NCBI GenBank assembly: GCA_963705255.1
Contig: OY970061.1
Span: 2,144,001-2,208,000, forward strand
Direction: 5' to 3'
DNA: 64,000 nt
Source: an uncultured Methanoregulaceae archaeon
GTDB lineage: Archaea > Halobacteriota > Methanomicrobia > Methanomicrobiales > Methanospirillaceae
The translations under genes and the position numbers were made by a program. The notes under the pieces were generated by a model, which saw only the letters and a program-made list of their open reading frames with translations, did no database searches and was not told where the DNA came from. Position 1 is the first letter of the stretch. The number at the start of each line of letters is the position of its first letter. Positions 40,090 through 50,550 of this stretch are shown here, one piece after another.

Positions 40090-41104
40090 GCTGCACTCCG
40101 GGTAGCCGTGACAAGTGCGTCCAGCCTGGCACGGGCCCTGCCTGAATCTATGGAGCTGGCAGCACGCTGTATCCCCTCGTGCAGATCACCGGCCCGCCCC
40201 CCGATATAGATCGCTGCTCCCGCATTCATCAGGACAATATCCCGCGGTGCGCCCCGTTCGCCGTCGAATATCTCGCGGATGATCCGGGCATTTACTGCGG
40301 CATCTCCTCCGACCAGATCCTCAAGTACCGCGGGTGCAATACCAAAAGTACCGGAGGTCAGGATAAACGTGCGGGTCACTCCCCCGTCCAGTTCAGCAAC
40401 GATAGTCTCTCCTGTCGTGGTGATCTCGTCCAGACCGTTCCCGTGGACCACCATGGCACGGGAAAGTCCAAGGCGCCTGAGCACATCTGCGACCGTCCCC
40501 GTTAACCCGGGCCGATAAACCCCGAGAACCTGGGCCTGTGCCCCGGCAGGGTTCGCCAGCGGACCGAGAAGATTGAAGACGGTCCGGCACCCGATCTCCT
40601 GCCGTGCTGCCATGACGTGTCGCATTGCCGGGTGGTGGTGCGGAGCGAAGAGAAACGCGATGCCTGCCTGTTCTACGATCTTTGCCTGTAATCCCGGCGC
40701 TACCGAAATATCCACTCCCATTTCGGTGAGAACGTCAGCAGATCCGCACGTGCTGCTCACGCTCCGGTTCCCATGCTTGACGATCGGCACTCCTGCGCCA
40801 GCTGCCACGAATGCCGAAGCGGTACTGATGTTAAATGTCCGGGTGCCATCCCCCCGGTCCCGCAGGTATCGACCAGCATCCCTTTGACCGACGGCCTGAC
40901 CTGTATGGCATGCCTGCGCATCACTCCTGCAAACGCAGCAATCTCCAACGGGGTCTCGCCTTTCATGCGCAGAGCGAGCAGGAACGCCCCTATCTGCGCC
41001 TGAGACGCCCTGCCGTCCATGATGATATCCATGACCCCGGATGCTTCTTCAGTTGTCAGATCCTGGTGGTCTGCCAGCCGGTTGATGGTATCGCTGAACT
41101 TCAT
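40086..41104 (-). CDS. trpD: Anthranilate phosphoribosyltransferase (frameshift near 40855)
   Basis: [32 protein letters not shown]. Confidence 0.95.
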
Positions 41105-41682
41105 TGTCCGACTCCTGTCATACAGAGAAAATTTCTGATGATGCGGTCGCCATCCTGCGAGAGGATGCTCTCCGGGTGGAACTGGACACCTTCGATGGGG
41201 TACTTCGTGTGGCGTATACCCATGACATAGTTGTCATCCAGGCTCGTCGCAGTGACCACAAGTTCCCCCGGTAGTGAATCCTCCCGGGCGACCAGAGAAT
41301 GGTAGCGGGTAGCGGTGAACGGCGACGGGATGCCGGAGAAGATCCTCTTGCCATCATGCCGGATCTCCGAGGTCTTGCCATGCATCAGGTGCCGGGCACG
41401 GACAACCTCCCCGCCAAACACCGTGCAGATAGCCTGGTGCCCGAGACAGACGCCCAGCGTGGGGATCGTGCGGCTCATGGTGTCCAGTACCTCAAGGCAG
41501 ACCCCGGCGTCGAGGGGTGTCCCGGGGCCCGGCGAGAGGATGATCCGGTCGCACCCGCTTTCCTGCAGCCGCCCGAGCGGTGTATCACATGTCATAACAA
41601 CCGGGTTACCTCCAAGCTTGCCCACCTGCTGGTACAGGTTGAAAGTGAAACTGTCGTAACAGTCCACGATCAGCACTTTCAT
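41101..41682 (-). CDS. trpG: Anthranilate synthase component II
   Basis: YDSFTFN, SPGPG, GVCLGHQ, QFHPES. Confidence 0.95.
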   Translation of the reverse strand: MKVLIVDCYDSFTFNLYQQVGKLGGNPVVMTCDTPLGRLQESGCDRIILSPGPGTPLDAGVCLEVLDTMSRTIPTLGVCLGHQAICTVFGGEVVRARHLMHGKTSEIRHDGKRIFSGIPSPFTATRYHSLVAREDSLPGELVVTATSLDDNYVMGIRHTKYPIEGVQFHPESILSQDGDRIIRNFLCMTGVGQ

Positions 41683-43208
41683 TGGTATCCCCCCGACTGC
41701 TCGATCGCCCGGACCATTGCGGCTGCCTTGTTCTCTGTCTCGTTCCATTCGTTCGCCGGTACAGAATCTGCGACGATTCCGGCGCCCACCTGGATGTAGG
41801 CACGTTCATCCCGGATCCGGATAGTCCGGATGGCAATTGCAAAATCGAGGTTCCGGTCAAACCCGATATAACCGACTGCGCCGGCATACAGGCCGCGGGC
41901 TTCTTCTTCCTGTTCATCAATAATCTGCATGGCCCGGATCTTCGGCGCTCCTGATACCGTGCCAGCGGGGAAACAGGACCTGAAGGCATCATAGCAGTCA
42001 AGGTTGTCTCTCAGCACACCGTTCACGGTCGAGACGATGTGCTGGACATGAGAGAACTTTTCAATATTCATGAACTCACTGACCTCAACGGTCCCGAACC
42101 TGCACACCCTCCCCAGATCGTTGCGCGCGAGGTCGACCAGCATCGTGTGTTCGGCCCGCTCTTTTTTGTCCTGCAGAAGATCATTGGCGAGCCGTTCATC
42201 TTCGTCCCTGTCACGCCCGCGGGGACGGGTACCTGCAATAGGAACCGTCGTGACCCGGCGTTTCTCTACACGCACGAGCATCTCAGGGCTCGCCCCGACT
42301 ATTTTCTCGTCACCGAAGTCAAGGTAATACATGTACGGGCTCGGGTTTATCCTTCTGAGTGCAGCGTAAATCGTGAACGGGTCATGGCTTACCGGTACTT
42401 CCATGCGCCGGGAGATAACCGCCTGGAAGATATCACCTGACGCGATGTATTCCCTGACCCGCTCTACAGAACACTCAAAGGCATCCTGCGTGACCGGCGA
42501 GCTGAAATTCAGCGCAGCCGGATCTCCGTTGGCGTGACCGGGGTCCCGGATATTTCCTGCCGCAAGTCTGCCAATGATGCCTCCAAGGGCGTGGATCTTG
42601 GCTTCGCTCCTGCGATATTCCTCAGCAATGTCGGAATCGTAGGTAAGGAACGGGCTGGAAAAGATGAATAATTTTTTATCCAGGTGATCGATAACAAGGC
42701 AGTCCTTTGCGAGCATGAAGCAGGCATCGTTCTCCATGCCGGTCTTCTCAGGGCCCTTTCTGACCCTTTTTGGGACTTTCTCAAACAGGGAATACACACA
42801 GTCGTAGGCAAAATAACCGACCATACCGCCGAAAAACCTGGGGGCCTTGACGTTCATGTAGTGGAATCGCGATAAGATCGATCTGATCCTGTCCACGGGA
42901 TTATTCCCTTCCGGATCGCGTGCAATGGACACAAAGGGCTCATTCCCCCGGACCTCTATGGTCTCTCCGATGGAAACAACGCATTCCGGATCGATCCCGA
43001 TAAATGAGTACCGCGCGAGTTTCTCACTTCCCTCCATGGATTCGAGCAGGAACCCGCATCCCGTCCGGGTACCGGTATAAATCTCAAGAGGCGAGATATC
43101 CGGGAGCGGCAGCTCGGCACAGAGGGGGATGACCAGTGGCCTAGGCTGGTTGCTTACTGCAATGACAAATTCCTCAAGCCCGAGATTAAGATTCAGTTCT
43201 TGGTTCAT
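41679..43208 (-). CDS. trpE: Anthranilate synthase component I
   Basis: FLLES, NPSPYMY, SPEMLV, IAGTRPRG, AEHTMLVDLARND. Confidence 0.96.
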   Translation of the reverse strand: MNQELNLNLGLEEFVIAVSNQPRPLVIPLCAELPLPDISPLEIYTGTRTGCGFLLESMEGSEKLARYSFIGIDPECVVSIGETIEVRGNEPFVSIARDPEGNNPVDRIRSILSRFHYMNVKAPRFFGGMVGYFAYDCVYSLFEKVPKRVRKGPEKTGMENDACFMLAKDCLVIDHLDKKLFIFSSPFLTYDSDIAEEYRRSEAKIHALGGIIGRLAAGNIRDPGHANGDPAALNFSSPVTQDAFECSVERVREYIASGDIFQAVISRRMEVPVSHDPFTIYAALRRINPSPYMYYLDFGDEKIVGASPEMLVRVEKRRVTTVPIAGTRPRGRDRDEDERLANDLLQDKKERAEHTMLVDLARNDLGRVCRFGTVEVSEFMNIEKFSHVQHIVSTVNGVLRDNLDCYDAFRSCFPAGTVSGAPKIRAMQIIDEQEEEARGLYAGAVGYIGFDRNLDFAIAIRTIRIRDERAYIQVGAGIVADSVPANEWNETENKAAAMVRAIEQSGGYQ

Positions 43209-43332
43209 AGATTCAGGTTCCTGGTATAACTGCACATCATCTGATGTGGCATTTTCCCTCTTTTCAGACTGAACGGACCAGTTCCTACGTTGAATTTCAT
43301 GATGGATTCGGCGGCCCTTGGATGATATCCTG

Positions 43333-43418
43333 TTTACAAATTTACTTTGTACATATTTATACATTATTGTAATTTTTTGGATATTATTGCATTTTAATTT
43401 GCAATATTGTACAATATT
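43333..43418. promoter_or_regulatory. TRP-box (TrpY-type) operator array upstream of trpE
   Basis: TTTACA 43333, TGTACA-N4-TATACA 43348-43363, palindrome AATATTGTACAATATT 43403-43418. Confidence 0.65.
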
Positions 43419-43568
43419 TATATGGAAAACTGCAGGGAGTCCTTCTTTACAGAAGAAGGAATAGTTCAGGTTGCAGCAATTTCGGGGTTTTTTCGAAAGA
43501 AACAAGAATAGCTCAAGCATACTACAGAACTGTCAATATCAGCCGGTCTGGCGTGGGGGGGGGTGTCA

Positions 43569-45314
43569 ATGGACATACGTAAAAAGACCGTAGTAATTGT
43601 CTGCATCACTCTTCTTTGCCTGATCCTTGCCCTCTATATCTCGTCAGAAGTTATCGTGCTGGGCGGTTTTTCGAGGGTTGAGACGCAAAATGCCCAAAAA
43701 GAGACCAACCGCGTACTTGTCGCACTTGGCAATGACATAAACGCGCTTGATGCGGTGACATATGACTGGGCTTCGAGAGGGGATACAATCGCGTTTGTGA
43801 CGGCCAACATTTCGGGGACTGAATGGTCACGGCTCGACACTGATACATTCGAACGGCTCGGGTTCAATGAGATCCTGCTGTATAATGCCAGCGGCAGTCT
43901 CGTATCGGGACAGGGGTACGATCTCAACCGCCATACCTTGGTTCCCGTCCCGCCAGACTTACATTCACCGCCATCAGTGTATCCCCACCTGAAGTTCCAG
44001 AACGGGTCAAGTACCGGCATCATGGGGATTGCAGATTCTCCCGATGGCCCGATGATGATTGCGATCCGCCCGGTCTTTGCCGGCCGCGAAAACCAGCACG
44101 TGGCCGGATACGTCCTCATGGGTCGCTATATTGATACTACGGAGATCTCCCGTCTCTCCTCGCTGGCCCAGCTGCCGCTTGAAATGCACGGGTATAGTGA
44201 TAGAGATCTCCCTCAGGATTTCATCACCATACTACCGATGTTTCCGGCATCCTCTATACCGTTCATCCAGCGGGTGGGAAAAGATGCCCTTACTATAGAT
44301 GCGCCGATCATCGTTGAACCTATAAACAGCACTCAGCTCGGCGGATATTCACTCATACGCGATATATCAGGTAAACCGGTACTTATCATCAAAGTCGGTA
44401 TCGACCGGGGGATCTATGATCAGGGAAAATCTACCACGTTGTATTTTGTGGTCCTGCTCATCATTGCGGGCCTTGTCTTTGGTCTTACCACGCTCCTTCT
44501 GCTGGAAAAAACCGTGTTGTCGAGGCTCGAGCGACTGAGCCAGGGAGTGAACGAAATTGGCAGAAAACGCGATTTCTCCGCCCGGGTGCACATAGCCGGT
44601 GAGGACGAGATCGGGGGGCTCGCGGGCCGGGTCAACGGGATGCTCGAAGATCTCGAACAGTCCCAGAACGTACTGCACGATAAGCTTATCCAGAGCGAGG
44701 AAAATTATCGTCTTTTTTTTAATAGTGTCACCGACCCGATCTGTGTGTGCCGCATGAACCCAGACAACAGCCTTGGCAGGATTGTCGAAGTGAACGATGC
44801 CGCATGTGAAGTGCTGGGATACCAGCGTGCCGAGTTTCTGGAAATGCATCTTTCCGATCTGCTCCCTGGCGAAAAATCCGGTGGTGTAGATCTCCCGACC
44901 AAGATCCTGCAGTCGTTCGGGCATGTCATCTACGCAGGAGCTGTATCCACAAAAACCGGAAAACGTATACCCGTTGAGGTCAATGCCCGGACATTTGACC
45001 AGTTCGGGCACCCTGCCATAGCGGTTATTGTCCGTGACATCAGCGAACGGGAAGAGATAGAGCATCTGAAGAAAGAAGCATTCCAGCAGATCGAGAAGAA
45101 CCTGCAGGATTTTGCCGTCCTGAACGACCATATCCGCAACCCTCTCCAGGGCATCGTTGGCATCGCGGACATGATGGATGGTGCACCTGCACAAAAGATC
45201 ATCACCTATGCCACGATGATCGATGAGATCGTAAACAGGATTGATCGCGGATATATTGAATCAGAAAAGATTCATGAATTTCTCAGAAAATACTACGGGA
45301 TCGGGAAAAAATAA
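43569..45314 (+). CDS. CHASE4-HAMP-PAS sensor with truncated HisKA end
   Basis: TM-YDWA(CHASE4)-TM, HAMP DEIGGLA, PAS VNDAAC..LGY, LNDHIRNPL with no HATPase domain. Confidence 0.85.
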   Translation: MDIRKKTVVIVCITLLCLILALYISSEVIVLGGFSRVETQNAQKETNRVLVALGNDINALDAVTYDWASRGDTIAFVTANISGTEWSRLDTDTFERLGFNEILLYNASGSLVSGQGYDLNRHTLVPVPPDLHSPPSVYPHLKFQNGSSTGIMGIADSPDGPMMIAIRPVFAGRENQHVAGYVLMGRYIDTTEISRLSSLAQLPLEMHGYSDRDLPQDFITILPMFPASSIPFIQRVGKDALTIDAPIIVEPINSTQLGGYSLIRDISGKPVLIIKVGIDRGIYDQGKSTTLYFVVLLIIAGLVFGLTTLLLLEKTVLSRLERLSQGVNEIGRKRDFSARVHIAGEDEIGGLAGRVNGMLEDLEQSQNVLHDKLIQSEENYRLFFNSVTDPICVCRMNPDNSLGRIVEVNDAACEVLGYQRAEFLEMHLSDLLPGEKSGGVDLPTKILQSFGHVIYAGAVSTKTGKRIPVEVNARTFDQFGHPAIAVIVRDISEREEIEHLKKEAFQQIEKNLQDFAVLNDHIRNPLQGIVGIADMMDGAPAQKIITYATMIDEIVNRIDRGYIESEKIHEFLRKYYGIGKK

Positions 45315-45333
45315 TGCCTTCCCAATGCGATGG

Positions 45334-45705
45334 CTACTCCGTGCGAATGCCCCTTCCTTTCAATTCATCAGCCTTTTTCTGCGAGCACTTCTCGCACCGG
45401 AACTCCGGCTCAGGATCATGCGTCCTGTCGTAATCTCCCGATCTGACCAGCCGGTACCCCCGGGCAACCTTTCCGCAGTCAACACAGGTAATATTGTCCC
45501 TGACTTCCCAGTGTGTCAGCAGTGACTGCGATGTGAAGATGAACTGGTCCACCCAGAAAAAGATGAGGTCGCCGATCAGGTTTGCTACGATTGCGGCGAC
45601 GAGCTGCCCCATGGATGCAAGAAGGATCCCAACCCCTGCCAGGATGGGAGTGCTTGCCTGCCACCTGAGCAGGTAGAGCCCATAGCGTTTATAATTGACC
45701 TGCAT
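45334..45705 (-). CDS. Conserved hypothetical membrane/Zn-binding protein
   Basis: YLLRWQASTPIL, CVDCG...CEKC. Confidence 0.75.
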   Translation of the reverse strand: MQVNYKRYGLYLLRWQASTPILAGVGILLASMGQLVAAIVANLIGDLIFFWVDQFIFTSQSLLTHWEVRDNITCVDCGKVARGYRLVRSGDYDRTHDPEPEFRCEKCSQKKADELKGRGIRTE

Positions 45706-45832
45706 ACCAGTTGATCATGCAATCATCATAATACATGTTGTGCTGAAGTGCCCCGGTTCATGCCAAAAGACCGATGCTCAATACTATTATAGACGTCCTG
45801 ATAAAACCTATACTGCATTTCCGGGAGACCGT

Positions 45833-46435
45833 ATGTGGCGATATCGTAAACAACCGCTTGGCTGGGTGTTCGTGTCACGGATGATGGGGATCATCAGTTT
45901 TTTAATTGCGGTAGTCCTTGCAAACATCCTTACATACTATGTGTCGAACAAGGTGTTCCTTTCCGGTGTTCTGTTTCTCAATGAGAACTTCTGGCTCCTC
46001 ATCCTCATCGGCATCATCTTTTTTGTCAGCGATATATTCGGGGCATTTCCCTTTCCTCTCAATCTGCCGTTTCCGATTATCAGGGCTATCGGGAGTGTCT
46101 TCTGTATCGCCTTTTTCCTGAAATTGTTCCAGTGGGTTGACGCGGTTGCGTCAACAACGCTTTACCCGATGTTCTGGTATATCTCATTCATCATTATCCC
46201 GCTGGTGTTTCTCATCGTACTGGCAGGTGGCTATTATGAGATCATGCGGCAGCTCTGGTTGCAGTCTGGGACCGGTAGAAGCACCGATGCTCAGGTTGTG
46301 CATGAAAACCGTGAAGTCGCTCCTCCAGACCAGCCGGTATCAGATGCGAAGTCATGGGAAGATATCGGGGTGGAGTTTCGCATGATGCTCTACGATCTCC
46401 TCCACCGGTTCCGCCAGGAAATAAAGAGAAAATAA
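45833..46435 (+). CDS. Membrane protein
   Basis: Several TM segments, C-terminal KSWEDIG.EFR. Confidence 0.75.
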   Translation: MWRYRKQPLGWVFVSRMMGIISFLIAVVLANILTYYVSNKVFLSGVLFLNENFWLLILIGIIFFVSDIFGAFPFPLNLPFPIIRAIGSVFCIAFFLKLFQWVDAVASTTLYPMFWYISFIIIPLVFLIVLAGGYYEIMRQLWLQSGTGRSTDAQVVHENREVAPPDQPVSDAKSWEDIGVEFRMMLYDLLHRFRQEIKRK

Positions 46436-46495
46436 TGGCTCTGGAGAAATCCTATTTTATCGTGTGATTCGCTTATATTCTTAAACGGTTACGAA

Positions 46496-46779
46496 GGTGA
46501 CCCCCCCTCTCTCGAGTCGAAGAACTCTGACGAGTTCGATCGAAGACCTGCGGTCTTCTCCTGTCTCAAGTCTGATGACTTTCGACATTCTCCAGCCTGC
46601 TTTTCCCTTCGGGAAGAGCAGTCTCCCCGGAGGGGGAGGCAACGCAAGGAGAGCACCCCCTTGAATCTCTGAGAGGTCTTCAGACCTCGAAGAAGAGAAG
46701 ATTTACGAAGTAAATCTTCGACTCCCTATTTCTCGGCAGGATTTTCACTAACCTTATGAGGGACTATGTCTATATGGGG
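46496..46779. repeat. MITE/REPIN-like intergenic element, copy A
   Basis: Colinear with 55919-56149; contains AGTCGAAG hairpin units in both orientations. Confidence 0.8.
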
Positions 46780-46849
46780 GTCGCCCAAGTAGCGGGGACA
46801 GCCAATGGCTGTGGAGAAAATTTTCATGGGAAAATCTTGGACTTCGGAG

Positions 46850-46909
46850 AGTCGAAGAACCCGTTGGTTCTTCTCCAGCCTGTTCTGACCTTCGGGAAGA
46901 GCAGTCTCC
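46850..46909 (+). repeat. AGTCGAAG double-hairpin unit
   Basis: GAAGAACC-cgtt-GGTTCTTC-TCCAGCCTG...CAGTCTCC. Confidence 0.7.
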
Positions 46910-46915
46910 GGGAAA

Positions 46916-47149
46916 TTACCAGTCGGGGTTTTCTTCACGGAACTTTCTCTCTCTCGTTTCAAGCTCTTCAGCACTCAGGGAGGCAGGCATGCAGATGCAC
47001 CGGTGTTCAATAAACACCCCTGCCTTGAAAACGCCCTGTTGTTCACCGGCCTGGCATGCTCCATAGGTTTCAGCATCCCAGTTGTGGTAGACCTGCGGAA
47101 GACCTTCGCTGGCAGCACATTCCCTTGCCTCTTTCCATGACCCTGCCAT
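46916..47149 (-). CDS. Conserved small hypothetical protein
   Basis: GLPQVYH, EHRCICMP. Confidence 0.65.
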   Translation of the reverse strand: MAGSWKEARECAASEGLPQVYHNWDAETYGACQAGEQQGVFKAGVFIEHRCICMPASLSAEELETRERKFREENPDW

Positions 47150-47248
47150 GTCTGCATATTTGCAGAGCGCCACCATGATGTTTTCGATGAGGGTACCTGG
47201 ATATATGAAAACCACAGGCAAATCTCTAAAAAAAGAAAAATGATGAAA

Positions 47249-47416
47249 TTAGAACCGGGGTTTCCGGTGCTTGGGCAGGCAGTCCCTGCAGTAGACCGGC
47301 CGTCCTTCAGTTGGCTTGAAGGGGACTTCGCACTCTTTGCCACAGTCTGAACAGACTGTCTTTGTCATTTCTCTGGGACCGAAATTTCTCGGGCCACCAA
47401 AACTCTTTCTTTCCAT
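47249..47416 (-). CDS. CxxC-x17-CxxC domain protein
   Basis: CSDCGKECEVPFKPTEGRPVYCRDC. Confidence 0.88.
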   Translation of the reverse strand: MERKSFGGPRNFGPREMTKTVCSDCGKECEVPFKPTEGRPVYCRDCLPKHRKPRF

Positions 47417-47522
47417 TGTATTACTCATGCAGTTGTGATCTGCGTATATACATCTGACCATTCAGTATAAATACATCTGCATTATCTCATCTTTTTTTAT
47501 TCAAACAGTTATATAACGTCTT

Positions 47523-48647
47523 TTACGGTATGATCTCGCATCCGTTGAATTTCTCATGCTCGAAATCCTTCAGGGTGATAATATCCCTGCTGATGAGTGC
47601 TTGAACCCGCGGGAGTTCTGCCTGGAGCGAATCGTGAAGGTTATCGACGGCAGCACAGACCAACCGCCTCTCAGCCTCCCCCCATGGCCGGGTGATATTG
47701 GAGTACAGGCACCTGCCGCCGCAGAAGTCGCGGATTCTGCAGTCCGTGCACTCCCCGCTGACGAGAATGCGGGCAAGCTCCAGCGGATGCGAACAGGAGA
47801 TATGCCCGACATAATACTGGGACATCCCGATCATGACCGGGCATGGGCCGATGCTTCCATCGGTCATGATACTGTAGTTGGCATACCCGGACCCGCACCT
47901 GAGCAGGCTGGTCTTTCCAAGAAGCAGGTCTTCCAGGGGATCCAGGAACGGGTACCAACGCAGAACTTCACCTGAGTTCTCCATATGATCTACCCAGGAA
48001 CAGACCAGCGTACGTATCCCGGGATTATAGCTCCCGTCCGCCCACTCTTGAAACTGGCGCAGGGAAAAATCCCCGGCAAAATTGGCATCGATCTGCCAGT
48101 GGATGGAAGAGAACGAATAATCGGGGTTGGATGCAAGATACCGGACCGCATCCACGATATCGGTCGTTTCCGTGACGGTCATCCGGGCAATCAGTTCACC
48201 TGCATAGCCGTTCGCACGGATCTTCCGGATATTCCTCATGACCCGGTCATACACGCCCATTCCTCGGTTCGCATCGGTGAGCTCTTTTCTCCCGTCAAGG
48301 GAGACGAGAATTGTGGTGAACCTGTTCAGTATTTCCGCTGGGAGCCGGTCCAGCAGAAGACCGTTGGTCTGCACCATGAACCGCTGCACGGGGGACTCCC
48401 GCACAATCCGTTCGATAAGGTCAGCCCGTAACAGGGGTTCACCCCCATAGAACGTAAGCGTCGCCGCAGGATCTTTTTTTAAGAATTCATAAAGATGATT
48501 CAGGTCGAACTCCAGTTCCAGGGGAAGACCCTCGTCGATGGTCAGGTCACGCCCGCCCCCGCTCTCCTCCAGATCCTCAAAGGCCTTGGCCCGGCAGTAC
48601 CTGCAGCAGAGGTTGCAGTGATCCGTGAGGATGAGATGGAAGTACAT
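47523..48647 (-). CDS. Radical SAM/SPASM protein (TIGR04084/AF0577-like)
   Basis: CNLCCRYC, FYGGEPLL, C-terminal CTDC....CGGRC. Confidence 0.88.
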   Translation of the reverse strand: MYFHLILTDHCNLCCRYCRAKAFEDLEESGGGRDLTIDEGLPLELEFDLNHLYEFLKKDPAATLTFYGGEPLLRADLIERIVRESPVQRFMVQTNGLLLDRLPAEILNRFTTILVSLDGRKELTDANRGMGVYDRVMRNIRKIRANGYAGELIARMTVTETTDIVDAVRYLASNPDYSFSSIHWQIDANFAGDFSLRQFQEWADGSYNPGIRTLVCSWVDHMENSGEVLRWYPFLDPLEDLLLGKTSLLRCGSGYANYSIMTDGSIGPCPVMIGMSQYYVGHISCSHPLELARILVSGECTDCRIRDFCGGRCLYSNITRPWGEAERRLVCAAVDNLHDSLQAELPRVQALISRDIITLKDFEHEKFNGCEIIP

Positions 48648-49363
48648 GAAAATGCGTGTACTACTGGCGCCTGCCAGACGATAAATGGGGCACTTGCAGG
48701 GGGATGAATCGTGCTCCTCTCATTAATAAGTATGGCCCTCATGATTTATGAGGATCCCCGGATGGCGCCATCTGATCCATCACCGCCATTTATCGGGAAT
48801 GCAGCCGACGCTATCCGCATTCCGGCACGCTGCCGCTTATATGCCCGAACTGGACAATATCGGGTAAGCACAATATGCCCCCCGGCCACATTGCTGATGC
48901 AGACAACTGGCTGGAACCTGACAAGGAGTTTGATATCCTTGCCTGCCCGTCACGGGGCGTCGGGCTGTACGAGAGGTTCGCGCTCATCATCAGCCCGGAG
49001 GGTACGGTGATGCCGGTCACCATCAGTCATACCGTTCCGGACAGGATACGGCCGGTCACGAATCTCGGCTGAGTGCCGCACCCTTCCGGCCACCGTCGCT
49101 AAAACCCCTGCGTGGGCTGCGCTTTCGCTTCCGGCGCGCAATAGTCAGCCGGCAGGCATTCCGTCATTAAAACCCCCGAATTTTGCCAAACCGGGCAATT
49201 ATAATGTGTTTTTAATCGGAGTGAATAGTGAGTCAGAATGTCAAAAATACCCCCAGAATTATGGTAAAATTGCAGACTTCGACGGGCTTCCGACGGAAAC
49301 CTTTTATATTATCAGGCGTCAACTCTCATTATCAAAACCCAATAGTGGTTTTGAGGTGTTTAA

Positions 49364-49579
49364 ATGGGAACCAAAATCGGAAAAGAAAAGATCCAGCGTG
49401 AAAAGGGATACCTCTACTTCATCGGCAAGGATGGGTATGTCTGGGCCGCCCCTATGAAGCACAACAAGACCGGCAAGAAGAAGAAAGTCGGTACTGAGAA
49501 GATCGCCAAGGAAAAAGGCTTCATGTACTACATTGGCAAAGACGGATTCGTCGCAAAAGCCAAGATGAAGAACGCATAA
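49364..49579 (+). CDS. Small Lys-rich protein with internal duplication
   Basis: KIGKEKIQREKGYLYFIGKDGYV / KVGTEKIAKEKGFMYYIGKDGFV; TATA-like TTTATATT, GAGGTG RBS, T-tract after stop. Confidence 0.85.
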   Translation: MGTKIGKEKIQREKGYLYFIGKDGYVWAAPMKHNKTGKKKKVGTEKIAKEKGFMYYIGKDGFVAKAKMKNA

Positions 49580-49821
49580 TCTCACTTTTTCCTTTTGCAC
49601 GCAGTCCGCCTGCCGCCCGGGTTCATCCGGTCGGCGGGACTGCTCAATAGTTTTCCGCTGACGCCAGAGTCTCTCTTGTGGTCAGGTATCGCTTGTGCCT
49701 GCTCCAGGCAGCTACCGGCAGCTGCATTCCGTATCCTGGTGGATTCCCATTCAGAAAGTTTGAACTGATGAAGAGTGAAGAGGATTCTTTCAGAAGCGGG
49801 CGTTAGTCCCGGGAATTTCCG

Positions 49822-50517
49822 ATGTCATCCCTGGTGAATGCAAAATATTCTGAATGGACGCGTGGCCTTGATACCCGCAGGAGTATGATTGCAATTTTCG
49901 AGCATATCCGTGACATCCCGTACTCACTAGAGGTTCCCATGACCAATCCTGGCACAGCACCGGAGCAGATGCTCCGTCTCGGGAAAGGGTACTGCGGGCC
50001 CAAACACTTCCTGCTTGCGGAGATGTACAAAAAAATGGGCCTGAACGTCGTATTCGCCACGATAGCATTCCTCTGGAATGATCCGGATCTCCATTACCCG
50101 CCGAAGCTCAGGGCGCTTGCCACCCGGCTCCCGGTTGCCCACCACCTCTCTTGCCGGGTACAGATCGGGTGGCGCTGGGTGCTGGTGGATGCCACCTGGG
50201 ATCCGCCCCTCAAAAAGGGGGGGTTTCCTGTCAACGAGAACTGGGACGGCTATTCGGAAACGCAGTGTGCTGTAAAACCGCTCAGGTCGGCGGTAAGGAC
50301 GGCGTTCTGCCGCACGGCAACCAGCGAGGCATGCCGGACGAAGAACGAGGCTGAGCTCTGCTCGCTCAATAAAGAAAAAGATCACCGGGAGGCAGAGGAT
50401 CATAGCCGGTATTACCGGGAGATCGTCACGAAGAGGACGCCGGAGGATATCGAGCAGTTCCACCGGTTTTACCTGGAGTTCGAGGAGTGGCTGGTAAAGA
50501 TACGGGAACAGGAATAA
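49822..50517 (+). CDS. Transglutaminase-like protein
   Basis: IRDIPY, GYCGPKH, WVLVDATWD. Confidence 0.75.
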   Translation: MSSLVNAKYSEWTRGLDTRRSMIAIFEHIRDIPYSLEVPMTNPGTAPEQMLRLGKGYCGPKHFLLAEMYKKMGLNVVFATIAFLWNDPDLHYPPKLRALATRLPVAHHLSCRVQIGWRWVLVDATWDPPLKKGGFPVNENWDGYSETQCAVKPLRSAVRTAFCRTATSEACRTKNEAELCSLNKEKDHREAEDHSRYYREIVTKRTPEDIEQFHRFYLEFEEWLVKIREQE

Positions 50518-50550
50518 AATAGTATCCGCTTGATTCCCGGAGGATTCTTG

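Noticed and set aside
45100-45314. Sensor kinase lacking HATPase as a truncation or novelty
   Set aside because: This short LND.IRNPL-type C-terminus ending ES.KI..FL.K is, from recall, a common complete architecture in Methanomicrobiales.
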